From the IMG/VR virus record IMGVR_UViG_3300042558_004670: 64,000 nt of DNA; one strand, given 5' to 3'. Shown piece by piece: positions 18,639-28,271 of the stretch (position 1 is the first letter of the stretch; each line of letters begins with the position of its first letter). The notes beneath the pieces are model-generated. The model had not been told where the DNA came from and did not search any database. It was given only the letters and a program-made list of their open reading frames with translations. A program made the translations under genes and the position numbers. Origin of the DNA: an uncultured virus (IMG/VR IMGVR_UViG_3300042558_004670). Lineage: Duplodnaviria; Heunggongvirae; Uroviricota; Caudoviricetes.

Positions 18639-19147
18639 AGCGTGAAGCTCCGCTTTGATGGGTTGTTCGTCTTGTTGGCGTCGCGTTTCGCAATGCGAAG
18701 GTCCTGCCGAAGCTTTGCGTCTCTTACTTTTTGCTCTCGCCTGTAGAGAAAGCCTTCCCGCACCATCCTCTTGTGGGCGAAGCACTGATCGATTGCTTGC
18801 TTCTCTGTCTCAAATGGCTTCGTGGAAATCCTGTCCCAAAAGAACAAGAATACCTGCTGCTCAGCGAGCCAAGAGGGAGCACCAGTCAACGCCAACTCCA
18901 AGCTCTGGGTCACACGATAGCGGATGACAGGCAGTCCGTCTGCGTGGTCGGTAACCAACTTCTCCCCGTCTTCGGGGTAGTGAACTTTCCCCAGCGTTGA
19001 CCAGCCCCAGAAGCGTTTTACCTCGACTGTGACGTCAAGTCCCTCACGAAGGATGCGGTACTGCCGCCCACGGCAAAGGATCAGTTTGCCCCACTTCTCC
19101 GGGTAAGGAACAGCAGCAGACGTCGACAGCGACTCCTCAAGCTCCAC
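18635..19147 (-). CDS. Hypothetical protein
   Basis: GTG start overlapping the upstream stop region. Confidence 0.5.
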   Translation of the reverse strand: MELEESLSTSAAVPYPEKWGKLILCRGRQYRILREGLDVTVEVKRFWGWSTLGKVHYPEDGEKLVTDHADGLPVIRYRVTQSLELALTGAPSWLAEQQVFLFFWDRISTKPFETEKQAIDQCFAHKRMVREGFLYRREQKVRDAKLRQDLRIAKRDANKTNNPSKRSFTL

Positions 19148-19505
19148 GGTGCACCCGCTTCCAGTCGCTGAAATACGACTCAATCTGCTGACGACGGTCG
19201 AAGTTGGCGGAACAGCTGAACACACGGTCTGGCAACTTGTCCGGGAAGTCCTCAATCGCCTTCTTCAGGAAGTCGAGACCTTCAAGACCGGGCGCCAAGT
19301 CGTTGTCCAGAATCCACGTTGTGAATCTATCGTTGCTGGTGATCACGTCAAAAGCGTTTTCGTGGTCAGCAACAATGGAGTCCCCGTCATGCCGAAACGG
19401 ACGGACAAGGACAATGACGGCTTGGTCGCTCCCAATCAGGGAGCGACGCCAGTTGATGGCGTCTGAGACACAACGCACGTCATCGTATATGAAAACAGTG
19501 TTCAT
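19137..19505 (-). CDS. Cyclic-phosphate-processing receiver-like domain protein
   Basis: VFIYDDVR, WILDNDLAPGLEGLDFL, SCSANF match the LDDxR / LDHDLG / HSAN pattern. Confidence 0.65.
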   Translation of the reverse strand: MNTVFIYDDVRCVSDAINWRRSLIGSDQAVIVLVRPFRHDGDSIVADHENAFDVITSNDRFTTWILDNDLAPGLEGLDFLKKAIEDFPDKLPDRVFSCSANFDRRQQIESYFSDWKRVHRGA

Positions 19506-20200
19506 CTGCGCTCTTTCAAGACAGTGATTTTCAATGTGTCATCTGCTGGCTTCTTGTTGACCGTGAGGATCATGTCAACGTACTTCATTGGGAATGAAGC
19601 TCCTCCCGGAATGGGTGCCGGGTACTTCATGTCGTGCTTCACTGCGGCTTCCTTTACCATCTTCGAAAGCTCTTCCACGAGCTTTCTTTTCTCGTCATGT
19701 GGAACTAGCGCGACGGGCTGTCCGATCCAAACATGTCCAATCAGGCCCGCAGAAAGCAGTTCACTCTTCCTGATCGGGTCCCAAGCACACGGCTCGTGTG
19801 TGTGGTCCGCACGCACACACGTTGCTGGGGTTGGCAAGTTGCCCTTGTCTTCAGGGAATGGCTTGAACCCATCAATTACCAGTTCCTCGGCAAAGAAAGA
19901 AACCGAGAACGCCTTTGGCGCCTTTGGCATGGGGTGGCCGAAGCGAAGGTTGTAGTCCCGACGAACCCGGTACAGGGCGTCTTCCCGGTCGATGGGCTTC
20001 CGCACCACCTTCTCCCCAACGGGGGCCAGCAAGAGGTCATCTTCCTCTACCCGAACACGACAGCAGCCGTCACGAACCTCATCCAGCATCACCCACACAC
20101 CAAGGTAGGTGACACGGTCCACGACCCCCGAAAGGACCTCACCACGGCTCCGACAAAGAACCCGCGTCCCAACAGGGAACTTCTCCGCTGCATTCGTCAT
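19502..20200 (-). CDS. Hypothetical protein
   Basis: MTNAAEKFPVG after GGAG and the dyad promoter at 20247. Confidence 0.6.
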   Translation of the reverse strand: MTNAAEKFPVGTRVLCRSRGEVLSGVVDRVTYLGVWVMLDEVRDGCCRVRVEEDDLLLAPVGEKVVRKPIDREDALYRVRRDYNLRFGHPMPKAPKAFSVSFFAEELVIDGFKPFPEDKGNLPTPATCVRADHTHEPCAWDPIRKSELLSAGLIGHVWIGQPVALVPHDEKRKLVEELSKMVKEAAVKHDMKYPAPIPGGASFPMKYVDMILTVNKKPADDTLKITVLKERR

Positions 20201-20247
20201 GACCAACTCCCGGTTACCGGTAACCTGTGCACACGCAACAGGACTTG

Positions 20248-21163
20248 TCAATCGTCGTTTACGATTTCTGCCCACTTCGTGCGCTCCAAAAGAGCGCCTG
20301 CCTGTTCTGGGATGTGCTGCGCCACCAGAGCACGGAGTGCCTTCATGTCGTCCAGCAACGAGCGGGAATCCTGCGCAGACACAGCGACCTCCACGGGGTC
20401 CTTCACTGCTGCCTCAACTCGGCAACCGAGACACAGCGCACAGTCGTCATCGTGGCCATCACTGTCACAACCACACTCACAAGAGCACCCAGCATCTTCC
20501 AAGACCTTTTGTAGGCGCAGCATTGCCACATTCAAGGCAAGGTAGTTGTTGTGCTCCTTCAGCGTGACCCTGCTGAAGGCATCTGCCACCATCCCCAGCT
20601 CTGTGTTCTGACGACGCAACCGGTCCATTTCATCTTCTTGCTCACACAGCTCACGATGTTGAGTGCCCACCAACATCACATTGTCTTTGTTCCACTGCTG
20701 AAGCATCTTCAGGGTCCGGGCATCAACAAAAGTATCCCCATCATACAGTGGTGCGGACCCGTTGCTGGCACTTCGGTCAATCAGGTCTTTGCAAAGACGG
20801 ATGAAAGGACCCAGCCGCGACGACCTTGTCAACCCCAACCACGACAGCGCGGTCAACAGTGCTTCGCGAAGGTCATCCCGATCGCGCCGCGCCCGGAGCA
20901 ACTGGTACTCAAGGTTGCCAACTACCTCGTGAGGTGTCGGCCCTTCGTAGATATCCCGGTAGCGGTCCAGAACGCCCTGCGTGGCCCTCCGCGCCTCTTC
21001 TACCATGGCGGACAAGGGCCGACCCTTCACGTCACCAAGGAAGGCATCGTAGTTCGCCAGCACCTCTCCCAAATGGGAGATCACATCTGTGGTGAACTCG
21101 CGAAGCACTGCTGCGTCAAGGTCCGCAAGGTTCTTCCGCTCTGGCATCGGCACTTCAACCATG
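20248..21163 (-). CDS. Hypothetical protein
   Basis: ~305 aa ORF with a Cys cluster CSCECGC..HDDDCALCLGC. Confidence 0.6.
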
Positions 21164-21595
21164 ACGCTCTCCCACGTATCGAGCAAACAAAGCGGTCAGC
21201 TGTGCGACATCCATTGGTGCCTCAGTCATAACCTGCCGGATGAACTTCTCCCGCTTGTCGTAAGGAATCTTGAACAGGTCCAGCTCACCGCCAGTAGCGG
21301 GCTTTGACCTTGACTCACTTTTCGAATGGTGAATTTGCTTCGCACAAAGCGCACACCGATACGTTGTTGAGCACTCCCGGTCGTTGGTACTCCCAAGAGT
21401 ATCTGTGACGTGGTTGTATACACCAATGTAGTATGGGTGCTGACACAAGCTCACCAACTCGGCGTGCGCCGCCTGAACTTCAGCATGTGCAGCATGCATT
21501 CGCTTCTGAGCCGCCCAATACCGAGCAAGAACATCTTGCGGTAAGTCGTCTGCGAGCGCAACTGAGGCGGGCTTGGTCATTTGGAGTCTTTCCAT
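21155..21595 (-). CDS. Hypothetical protein
   Basis: 146 aa, CQHP...YRCALC. Confidence 0.55.
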   Translation of the reverse strand: MERLQMTKPASVALADDLPQDVLARYWAAQKRMHAAHAEVQAAHAELVSLCQHPYYIGVYNHVTDTLGSTNDRECSTTYRCALCAKQIHHSKSESRSKPATGGELDLFKIPYDKREKFIRQVMTEAPMDVAQLTALFARYVGERHG

Positions 21596-22272
21596 TTCAG
21601 GATGGCTTGAGGGGAGAAGCAGCCTTCGGGCAGACTCTCTGTAGCAGCTTCCTCCCGAGACGAAATGGCGGACATGAGACGCGCAGTATCGACCGCACGG
21701 TCAACCACGTGAAGACTCTCAGTATCGAAAAGAAAGGACTGCCCACCCGAATTGGTATTCACCAACTCGCTGTCAGCCACGGTGGCGATAGCTTCCTTGC
21801 TCTGTCGCTGAATCTCCTCCAACGGCAAGGGTCGGTGATGGAGGTCCGCAAACTGCCGAAGCTCCTCCCGCCGCTCCATGAGCAGGGTGCCAAGCCAGCT
21901 CTCCCCAGCACCACGGCACACACCCCAGAAGCAATCGCCCCAATAGTTTGCCTCCAACAGCACGGCATCTCCCGTGTCCAGAAGACGCTGCGAAAGGTCA
22001 GACCCCGGCTTGAACTTCTCCCGCTGAAGCGTTCGCATCACGTCGATACGAACGGCATCCCAGTCCGGACGTAACGAGACAGATCGACCAAGACGCTTCG
22101 CAGTCCTTGGCGCCACATCCTGAAAACGCTTCCGGTCCTCCAAGTCCAGCGTCTTGGCCGCTTGGTAAGCGTTCTCCGTGGCGCAGTAGGTCATACCGTC
22201 AAACACCACAGGCTCAAGGTGAAAGTTGCTCAAGAACCGGTGCTTACCGAAGAAGCCATTGACAATCTGCAT
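21577..22272 (-). CDS. NADAR (YbiA-like) family protein
   Basis: FLSNFH, ENAYQAAK, AKRLGR, LLDTGDAVLLEANYWGDCFWGV, GESWLGTLLM. Confidence 0.9.
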   Translation of the reverse strand: MQIVNGFFGKHRFLSNFHLEPVVFDGMTYCATENAYQAAKTLDLEDRKRFQDVAPRTAKRLGRSVSLRPDWDAVRIDVMRTLQREKFKPGSDLSQRLLDTGDAVLLEANYWGDCFWGVCRGAGESWLGTLLMERREELRQFADLHHRPLPLEEIQRQSKEAIATVADSELVNTNSGGQSFLFDTESLHVVDRAVDTARLMSAISSREEAATESLPEGCFSPQAILKWKDSK

Positions 22273-22324
22273 AGTTACCACCGTTTGACGGATATGCTGC
22301 GCAGGATAGTTATCCTGCGCAGAG

Positions 22325-23326
22325 TCACTTGGGGACAAGCACAGACAACGTCTTGCCCTTACTGGACAACCAACCGTAGCTTTGTGCCATGTCGAAAAGG
22401 GTTTCGACATCCAAGCGTACACCAAACTCTTTTCGAGTCCTGCTCACAGCGTGCCGGAAAGCTTCGTAGTCCCTGTATGTCACACCATTCAAAGAGCTGA
22501 ACAGGCGATTGATACTGGACTCTGGCGGCGGAACCTTGACAGCAACCTTCTTGGTGGCCCCAGCTTCTTGCCGCAGCTTCTGGTTCTCCTTCTCCAGCAA
22601 CGAAACGAGTGGGTTCCCCGCTTCATCAAGGTCCGGCTCCCCAAGAGCAGCGTTCAAACTTGATAGAGCAGCGGGACCAACTTCACTCTTGCACAGGTCC
22701 AGCACCACCCGCGCCTCGTCAAGTCGGCGCAACGCGCGCTCAAGCGCATTCGACAAGACACCCTCACGACGCGCCATCACACGGGCTAGCAGGTCTACCT
22801 CTACCCGGAACGGACGGTTCAGAATCTCCGTGAGTACCTTTTGTGCCTCCTGAAGCTGACTTTCCGTTGGAGCATTGACTGGCTCCGTGCTCTCCTTCAC
22901 AGGCAAACCTTGCGCCTTCCGGAGGTCTTGGTACATGCGGTTCACTGATTCGAACGCGGGATGCACCCACTCCTTGTCGAAGATACGCGCATCGAACATG
23001 GCGCCACCACGAAGGTCACCAAGGTCCTGACAAGCTTCAAGGTTCCAAATGAACCGCTCGCAATCCTTCTTGAGGTCAGCGTTCTGCTCAAGGCATTCGT
23101 CAAGCGCCGCCTTCATGGCAGCAACACCTGCACCCGCCTTGACCACCATTTCCTTCTCGTGTCGCTCCCGCGCAACCTCAGCTTCAAGGTCCGCGATCCT
23201 CTGCTGGTCCGCCGCTGTCTGGTCTGCCAACAACTGGGCGATGCCATCGCACCGGGCATTTCCCATTGGGTTCTGATCACAAAGATGCTTGGCTGCTGCA
23301 ACGTGCTCTGCTGTTGGTGCATTCAT
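22325..23326 (-). CDS. Coiled-coil hypothetical protein
   Basis: 333 aa, internal repeat NAPT.E. Confidence 0.6.
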   Translation of the reverse strand: MNAPTAEHVAAAKHLCDQNPMGNARCDGIAQLLADQTAADQQRIADLEAEVARERHEKEMVVKAGAGVAAMKAALDECLEQNADLKKDCERFIWNLEACQDLGDLRGGAMFDARIFDKEWVHPAFESVNRMYQDLRKAQGLPVKESTEPVNAPTESQLQEAQKVLTEILNRPFRVEVDLLARVMARREGVLSNALERALRRLDEARVVLDLCKSEVGPAALSSLNAALGEPDLDEAGNPLVSLLEKENQKLRQEAGATKKVAVKVPPPESSINRLFSSLNGVTYRDYEAFRHAVSRTRKEFGVRLDVETLFDMAQSYGWLSSKGKTLSVLVPK

Positions 23327-24087
23327 TTCATGTCCTCCACGAAGCTGAGGATGGCGGCAACGGTCTTGCGCGCCTCCACCCTGTCACTTTCCTTCTCACG
23401 CTCGCTGAGTGAAGCATACGGCGTGGTGCGCTGACGACGCCAACGCTCAACATGAGCTTCAGTGTCACCGGGGCGACGAACCTGCTCAACGCACTTCTCG
23501 CGGTATGACTCCCAATCAGACCAGCGAGCATGCTCAATGTGCGCCAGAATCTCAAGCAAATCAGGATTCGAAAGAAGGTCTACTACGGGTGGACAGCGAA
23601 CACGCTCCAGCTCTGCAATCCGAGCAACATGGTGCTCGCAGGCGCGCTCGAACTCTGCACTCGCACCAGCCGTGCAATTCAGGTCGAACTCCAGCTCTGC
23701 GATGCGCGCTTGTGCAACGGAAAGGTCGTTGCGCAGTTTGTCGTTCTCGATTCTGTCCCGCTCCATCTGCGTGATGGCAGCGGCGGTGACTTCCTTGGCC
23801 TCCTTTGCGAACTCCCCGTGAAGCTCAACTCGCAGCTTGTGCTCACGCTCAGCAATGCACTGGGCAAGGTCATCACCGAAGTACCCCACCCACGGACGCT
23901 TGCACCAAGCGTGAGCAAAAGAAGTCTGCTCCTCAGTCGGCTCAATGACAGGTTCCATGACCGTCGGAACAGGGTCATGCTGGTCTGAGCACGGCCAGCA
24001 TATGACAGGGTCGCTGGTGACAGCATACGTATCGGTTTGCTGGCAGCGGGGGCAACGCATCTTGCAGGTGTTGGCGTCAGTCGTCAT
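23323..24087 (-). CDS. Coiled-coil hypothetical protein
   Basis: MTTDANT; ARIAELE repeats; C-terminal HARW...TPYASLSEREKESDR. Confidence 0.6.
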   Translation of the reverse strand: MTTDANTCKMRCPRCQQTDTYAVTSDPVICWPCSDQHDPVPTVMEPVIEPTEEQTSFAHAWCKRPWVGYFGDDLAQCIAEREHKLRVELHGEFAKEAKEVTAAAITQMERDRIENDKLRNDLSVAQARIAELEFDLNCTAGASAEFERACEHHVARIAELERVRCPPVVDLLSNPDLLEILAHIEHARWSDWESYREKCVEQVRRPGDTEAHVERWRRQRTTPYASLSEREKESDRVEARKTVAAILSFVEDMK

Positions 24088-25108
24088 CGCTGCCCCCGTT
24101 GATGGTAGAAAGAGCATCGTCGATCTTCTCCAGAGTGGACACTTCGCAGATGCCGCTTTCGTCGTCGCACTCGTCTCCCGAGGCAGGCACATGGTGCTCC
24201 ACGACAACCCTCGCCGCTTGCAACGCTTCTGCCAGCACTTTGACAACACTGAGGTGTTGCGCACGCACCTTGCTCAAACGGTTCCGGTAAACCTCAGCAC
24301 GCGCACCCATCTTCACCATGAGGAGTGTATTCTTCGCCGCCAGCTCACCAGTGCGCAGGGAGGCGTGCTGGTGGGCGTACTCCAATGCGTTTTTCGCCTG
24401 CGTCACGCATTCGGAGCAAGCTTCACATGACCCGTCAGCGCAGTCTTTTGCCTGCTCCTCAAGTTCCGCAATCCGAGCGCGTGCAGCACTGACCTCGTCA
24501 GCCAGAGCGAACGCCTTCGCTGGGTCCATGTGCAGGATACGCGCCGTCGTCGGGTCGTACCAGTCCCCAGAACTTGCCACGCGGTCATGCACAATGAAGC
24601 GTGGCTGATCGCTCGTTGGGTAGCGGTGGCCTCCCTCTTTGAGTGCGCACACAAGCTGGTCGTTGTTGGCGTTCAGTACCTCGATTTCCGCGCGTGCAGC
24701 GGCAAGGTCTGCCTTTGACACAGCAAGGTCGACCTCACTGGAAACGCACGACTTTGTAATCTCCCGCAGCTCCTCCCGCAGCTTGTGCTCACGCTCAGTC
24801 GGTCCGATATCCTTTGTCTTCGGACTATCCTCAACAGCCGGCACATCTGCACCGTAACGAGAAAGGAATGCCACGGACGGGCCAAAGGCATCGTCAGCGT
24901 TAACGAGGTAGCCTTGCGCTACCGCTCTCTTCGCAAAGGCAAGAAGGTCGTTGATGGCACTCACAGCATCCGAACGAAGCGTGTGCCCTTTCATGTGCCG
25001 GATTGTGGCCTCCAGCTCTTTGATCCTCTCAACATGCTGGAGGTCGCGCAGTTCAAGGTCATGAATGCGAATCTCAAGGTCTGATTCCCGCTTCTTCTCT
25101 TCCGTCAT
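24077..25108 (-). CDS. Coiled-coil hypothetical protein
   Basis: MTEEKKR; shares EREHKLRxEL and ARIAELE with its neighbour. Confidence 0.6.
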   Translation of the reverse strand: MTEEKKRESDLEIRIHDLELRDLQHVERIKELEATIRHMKGHTLRSDAVSAINDLLAFAKRAVAQGYLVNADDAFGPSVAFLSRYGADVPAVEDSPKTKDIGPTEREHKLREELREITKSCVSSEVDLAVSKADLAAARAEIEVLNANNDQLVCALKEGGHRYPTSDQPRFIVHDRVASSGDWYDPTTARILHMDPAKAFALADEVSAARARIAELEEQAKDCADGSCEACSECVTQAKNALEYAHQHASLRTGELAAKNTLLMVKMGARAEVYRNRLSKVRAQHLSVVKVLAEALQAARVVVEHHVPASGDECDDESGICEVSTLEKIDDALSTINGGSDDD

Positions 25109-25410
25109 GCTTTTTCCTTCCAAGCTTTCAAGGCTTCGATGACGTCCTTACGGTCGCCATCTTTGCTCACGTAAAGTTCATGAGCCTTGCACACTTCACG
25201 AAACGTGTTGAACTTTTCGTTCAGGCGCTTCTTCTCAGCTTCAATTTCCGCAGCGAGAGCGGACAAGGAATCCGCGAAGGGAAGGATCAAGTCAGCGTCA
25301 CCCGCAGCTGATTCTTGCTCAAGGGAGGAAACCATCCTCTCGACCGAGCCTCGGGGGATGTCGAACGCGTCAAACGTTGCGTACAGATAATCGAAGCTTC
25401 CACCGGACAT
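25105..25410 (-). CDS. Hypothetical phage protein
   Basis: MSGGSFDYLY N-terminus, AGGAG RBS. Confidence 0.7.
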   Translation of the reverse strand: MSGGSFDYLYATFDAFDIPRGSVERMVSSLEQESAAGDADLILPFADSLSALAAEIEAEKKRLNEKFNTFREVCKAHELYVSKDGDRKDVIEALKAWKEKA

Positions 25411-25440
25411 GTTCTCTCCTGATCAATGGGCGATGTCTGT

Positions 25441-26256
25441 TTAAGAGTTGGGGGACGATGGGGCACTCGCGAGGCGGCGTTCCAGTACCTGAACCCGCCG
25501 ATTCAGCGTCAGCAAGGCACGCAAGCTCAGGTGTGCCGTCAACTGCGCAAGGTCCTGACGCAAAGACACTTCTTTGTCCCCCGTCAGGACACTCTCTGCC
25601 CAGAACTCCTCATCAGACAAACGCACGTGAACTTCCATCGCTGTGCTGGGAAGGTCCTCAGCAAGCTTGGCTGTCGAATGGCGGCATGCTTCGTCAAAGG
25701 TCACTTCCGTCGCAAGGATGAATTGTCGGGTGGTCAACGCCGCATCCAGCCCAAGGAAGTCGATCACAGACACGAGATTGTCCACGCGATCGGCATATTC
25801 CCGCCGTGACGAGAAGAGACGGAAGAGGTCCGCGTAGACTACATCTTTCAGATTCCCGTGTCGGACAGTACCCATTCGGGACAAGCAAAGAGACGAGACG
25901 AGGCGGCGAAGGTCTGCCTTTCCCGAAGGAACAGCCCAAGGGCCATACTGAACAAGGTCTTGAACTTCTTCCCACACATTGCGAGGGAACTCCCAACGTT
26001 TACGATGGGTGTGACGAGAAGCGAGATCCTTCTCGTTTGAAGGGGTCGCTGCCTGAAGGGCTGCTTCTGCTTCCCGAGCAACCACATCGGTGTCTGTGCC
26101 AAGCCAAGAACGAAGGACACGCTGCACCTCAAGGCGAAGGTAGGCAACGATGGCAGGACTCAGAGGTCCCTTGAATTCGGGTGCCTCAGCTTCAGGTTCC
26201 TTAACTTTCGACTCAGGGATATCCCTCGCTTCAACACGGGACCAGTTCACTGACAT
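25441..26256 (-). CDS. Hypothetical protein
   Basis: 271 aa; first gene after inverted element A. Confidence 0.6.
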   Translation of the reverse strand: MSVNWSRVEARDIPESKVKEPEAEAPEFKGPLSPAIVAYLRLEVQRVLRSWLGTDTDVVAREAEAALQAATPSNEKDLASRHTHRKRWEFPRNVWEEVQDLVQYGPWAVPSGKADLRRLVSSLCLSRMGTVRHGNLKDVVYADLFRLFSSRREYADRVDNLVSVIDFLGLDAALTTRQFILATEVTFDEACRHSTAKLAEDLPSTAMEVHVRLSDEEFWAESVLTGDKEVSLRQDLAQLTAHLSLRALLTLNRRVQVLERRLASAPSSPNS

Positions 26257-26418
26257 GGAGATCTCTTTTCTTGGTGGTTGGAGGAGCTACCAGACTCTGT
26301 GAAGCAATGGGTTATCAGCTTGGGAGGGAAAGCACCTGTCTGTACCCCTTGTTGAGCTATATGACCCACAGAACACAGGAGGTATCTAGTTCATAGAACA
26401 AGTTATGGGGGTGAGAGG
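26254..26418 (-). repeat. Non-coding leader element A (inverted homologue of 29342..29505)
   Basis: Reverse complement starts CCTCTCACCCCCATAACT, contains AAGGGGTACAG and ends AAAAGAGATCTCCATG. Confidence 0.8.
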
Positions 26419-26423
26419 AGAGG

Positions 26424-26771
26424 TCACTGGCAGTCGGGGATCTCAATCCCACGCGCGTCGGCAATCGCCTTGATCTTGCGCCAATCAAAGAAGGCGCTGC
26501 GACGGACCGCGTCATATTCGTTGATTCCCAACATCGCTGCGTGGATCAGCGCAAAGCGAGTTCCCAGCATGACGATTTCGTCAGGGCGGAGGTGTTCCCC
26601 CATATTGGCGGAGAGCATTGCGTTATTCAGCCCGCGCTTGTGGTCTTCTGCCATGTTCGCAACGACCGCTTTCCCAGCAGCAACCTTGCGCGCACGGGCA
26701 GCAGCACGTGTGTTCTCGTCGCTGTCATCACCATAGCCAAACGGACAGTCCCTTTTCGCTCGTGCAGCCAT
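26424..26771 (-). CDS. Hypothetical protein
   Basis: GAGGTG RBS, dyad promoter at 26811. Confidence 0.6.
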   Translation of the reverse strand: MAARAKRDCPFGYGDDSDENTRAAARARKVAAGKAVVANMAEDHKRGLNNAMLSANMGEHLRPDEIVMLGTRFALIHAAMLGINEYDAVRRSAFFDWRKIKAIADARGIEIPDCQ

Positions 26772-26833
26772 ACGTCACCTCAAGGAGACTGTACACTCCT
26801 GCGTGGCTGCGTCAAGCGCGCTTTACGCGTGGA

Positions 26834-27157
26834 TCAGCCAGTAATGAGCTTGGCGAGGTAGTTCAAGCTTCTCGGTTGTGTCTCACGTGTAGGGCGGAAC
26901 CCGTAGAACGTGTCCACCCGCTCATGTCTCGCACCCGTATCGTCAACAACCGTGACAGACGACGTCATACCGTGTCGCGTGAACGCCTCGATTGCGGACT
27001 CTTTGGAGCGGAAGTGCATGATTCCTGTGTTGCAGCAACCACAGGACTGCTGCGCAATGCACGTGAAGTGGCACCCAGCAGTGCGCTTCTTCTCCTTCGC
27101 TGCGGCTCGTTGCTGGCGGATGTGCTCCGCCTTCTGTCGCTTGAACATGTCTTTCAT
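26834..27157 (-). CDS. Hypothetical protein
   Basis: AAGGAG RBS, dyad promoter at 27209. Confidence 0.6.
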   Translation of the reverse strand: MKDMFKRQKAEHIRQQRAAAKEKKRTAGCHFTCIAQQSCGCCNTGIMHFRSKESAIEAFTRHGMTSSVTVVDDTGARHERVDTFYGFRPTRETQPRSLNYLAKLITG

Positions 27158-27255
27158 GGGTGTTGCTCCTTTCCCTCCTCAAGGGAGGGTACACGCCAGA
27201 TCAAAAGCGTCAAGGGGGATTGACGGTTGCTGGCCCTGCGCCTACTGTCTGTCCG

Positions 27256-27744
27256 ATGAAGTTCCCATCGAGCCCAGCAAAGCTGTCGAAACTTCTGAAT
27301 GAGCACATCATTCTGATGCACGACGATGATGTCACCATCCGGCTGGAGGCTCAGCTGCATGAGCTTGGTCACATAGCGACGCTACGCCCTGACAATCAGG
27401 ACGACCTCCTGTCGTCCTTGTCGGAAGAGCATCATGTTGGAGGGGCGATCAACAACGAGGGGAAGCAGGACTCGGCTCATCACGAATGCTTGGCATCGGC
27501 CATCGCCATCCTGATTGCCCGAGAGGTGTGCCCGTCAGCTGCTCAGGCGATTCAGGCGTACGCGGAAGGCAACCTGCGCATGAACACGCCGAAGGCCTTC
27601 ACGTTTCGTGGGACCCCTGTGCGAGGGTCCGCCGATCCTGTTGGATACATGAACAAGCTTTTGGTCAGTCCTGCGACACAAAAACGCGCTCACCGAATAA
27701 TGAAGAAGGTCTTGTCCGCTCTGGAAGAGAGCTTGGAGGGTTGA
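27256..27744 (+). CDS. Small zincin (ImmA/IrrE-like) metallopeptidase, leaderless
   Basis: QLHELGH plus downstream HECLA; TTGACG-N17-TACTGT-N7-ATG. Confidence 0.55.
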   Translation: MKFPSSPAKLSKLLNEHIILMHDDDVTIRLEAQLHELGHIATLRPDNQDDLLSSLSEEHHVGGAINNEGKQDSAHHECLASAIAILIAREVCPSAAQAIQAYAEGNLRMNTPKAFTFRGTPVRGSADPVGYMNKLLVSPATQKRAHRIMKKVLSALEESLEG

Positions 27745-27813
27745 ATGGGTCGAATGTCTACCCAGTGGTTCGAAGAACTTCTGTCTCGTGTTCCTGATAT
27801 TCAAGGAGGCATC

Positions 27814-28137
27814 ATGGCTGACAAGTCATCACCCACCATCCCAAGTTATGTGCAAAGAGCGATTTCACACCTGCCCAGTGGCGAGTTGGCGGTTGTCGCC
27901 CTGAGCGATGTGCTTTGGTGCATGACTGAGGATAAAACGTGTCTTATTCGGGTACAGGCGGAGAGGCATCGCTTGTGTCTCATCGCAGGAACCCAGCGGT
28001 CTCGCGTTGACGAAGACGTTGTTGTCCGCGCGATCATTGATAGCTATCCGGGGGCACAGGTCCGAATGTGCATCGGAAAGCGGTCTCTTGTGCTGGACAA
28101 CGTCGAACGAAGTGTCCACATCACACTGGACGTGTGA
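27814..28137 (+). CDS. Hypothetical protein
   Basis: MADKSS after AAGGAGG. Confidence 0.55.
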   Translation: MADKSSPTIPSYVQRAISHLPSGELAVVALSDVLWCMTEDKTCLIRVQAERHRLCLIAGTQRSRVDEDVVVRAIIDSYPGAQVRMCIGKRSLVLDNVERSVHITLDV

Positions 28138-28193
28138 AGGTTTTTTCTACCCATCACACCAAAGCGTCATCACCAAGTCAAGGGTTGAATTTA

Positions 28194-28217
28194 CCGTTGC
28201 GGGAATTCCCGCAACGG
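28194..28217. repeat. Perfect 24-bp palindrome
   Basis: CCGTTGCGGGAATTCCCGCAACGG, intergenic. Confidence 0.85.
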
Positions 28218-28271
28218 ACCGATCTGTAAAACGTGGTTGACGTGAAACGACAAGGTGTTTAAGGTTTGAGC

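Noticed and set aside
20212..20225. 14-bp palindrome GGTTACCGGTAACC, and the 11-bp stem at 5835-5861, near promoters
   Set aside because: Single occurrences with no shared sequence; insufficient support for an operator call.
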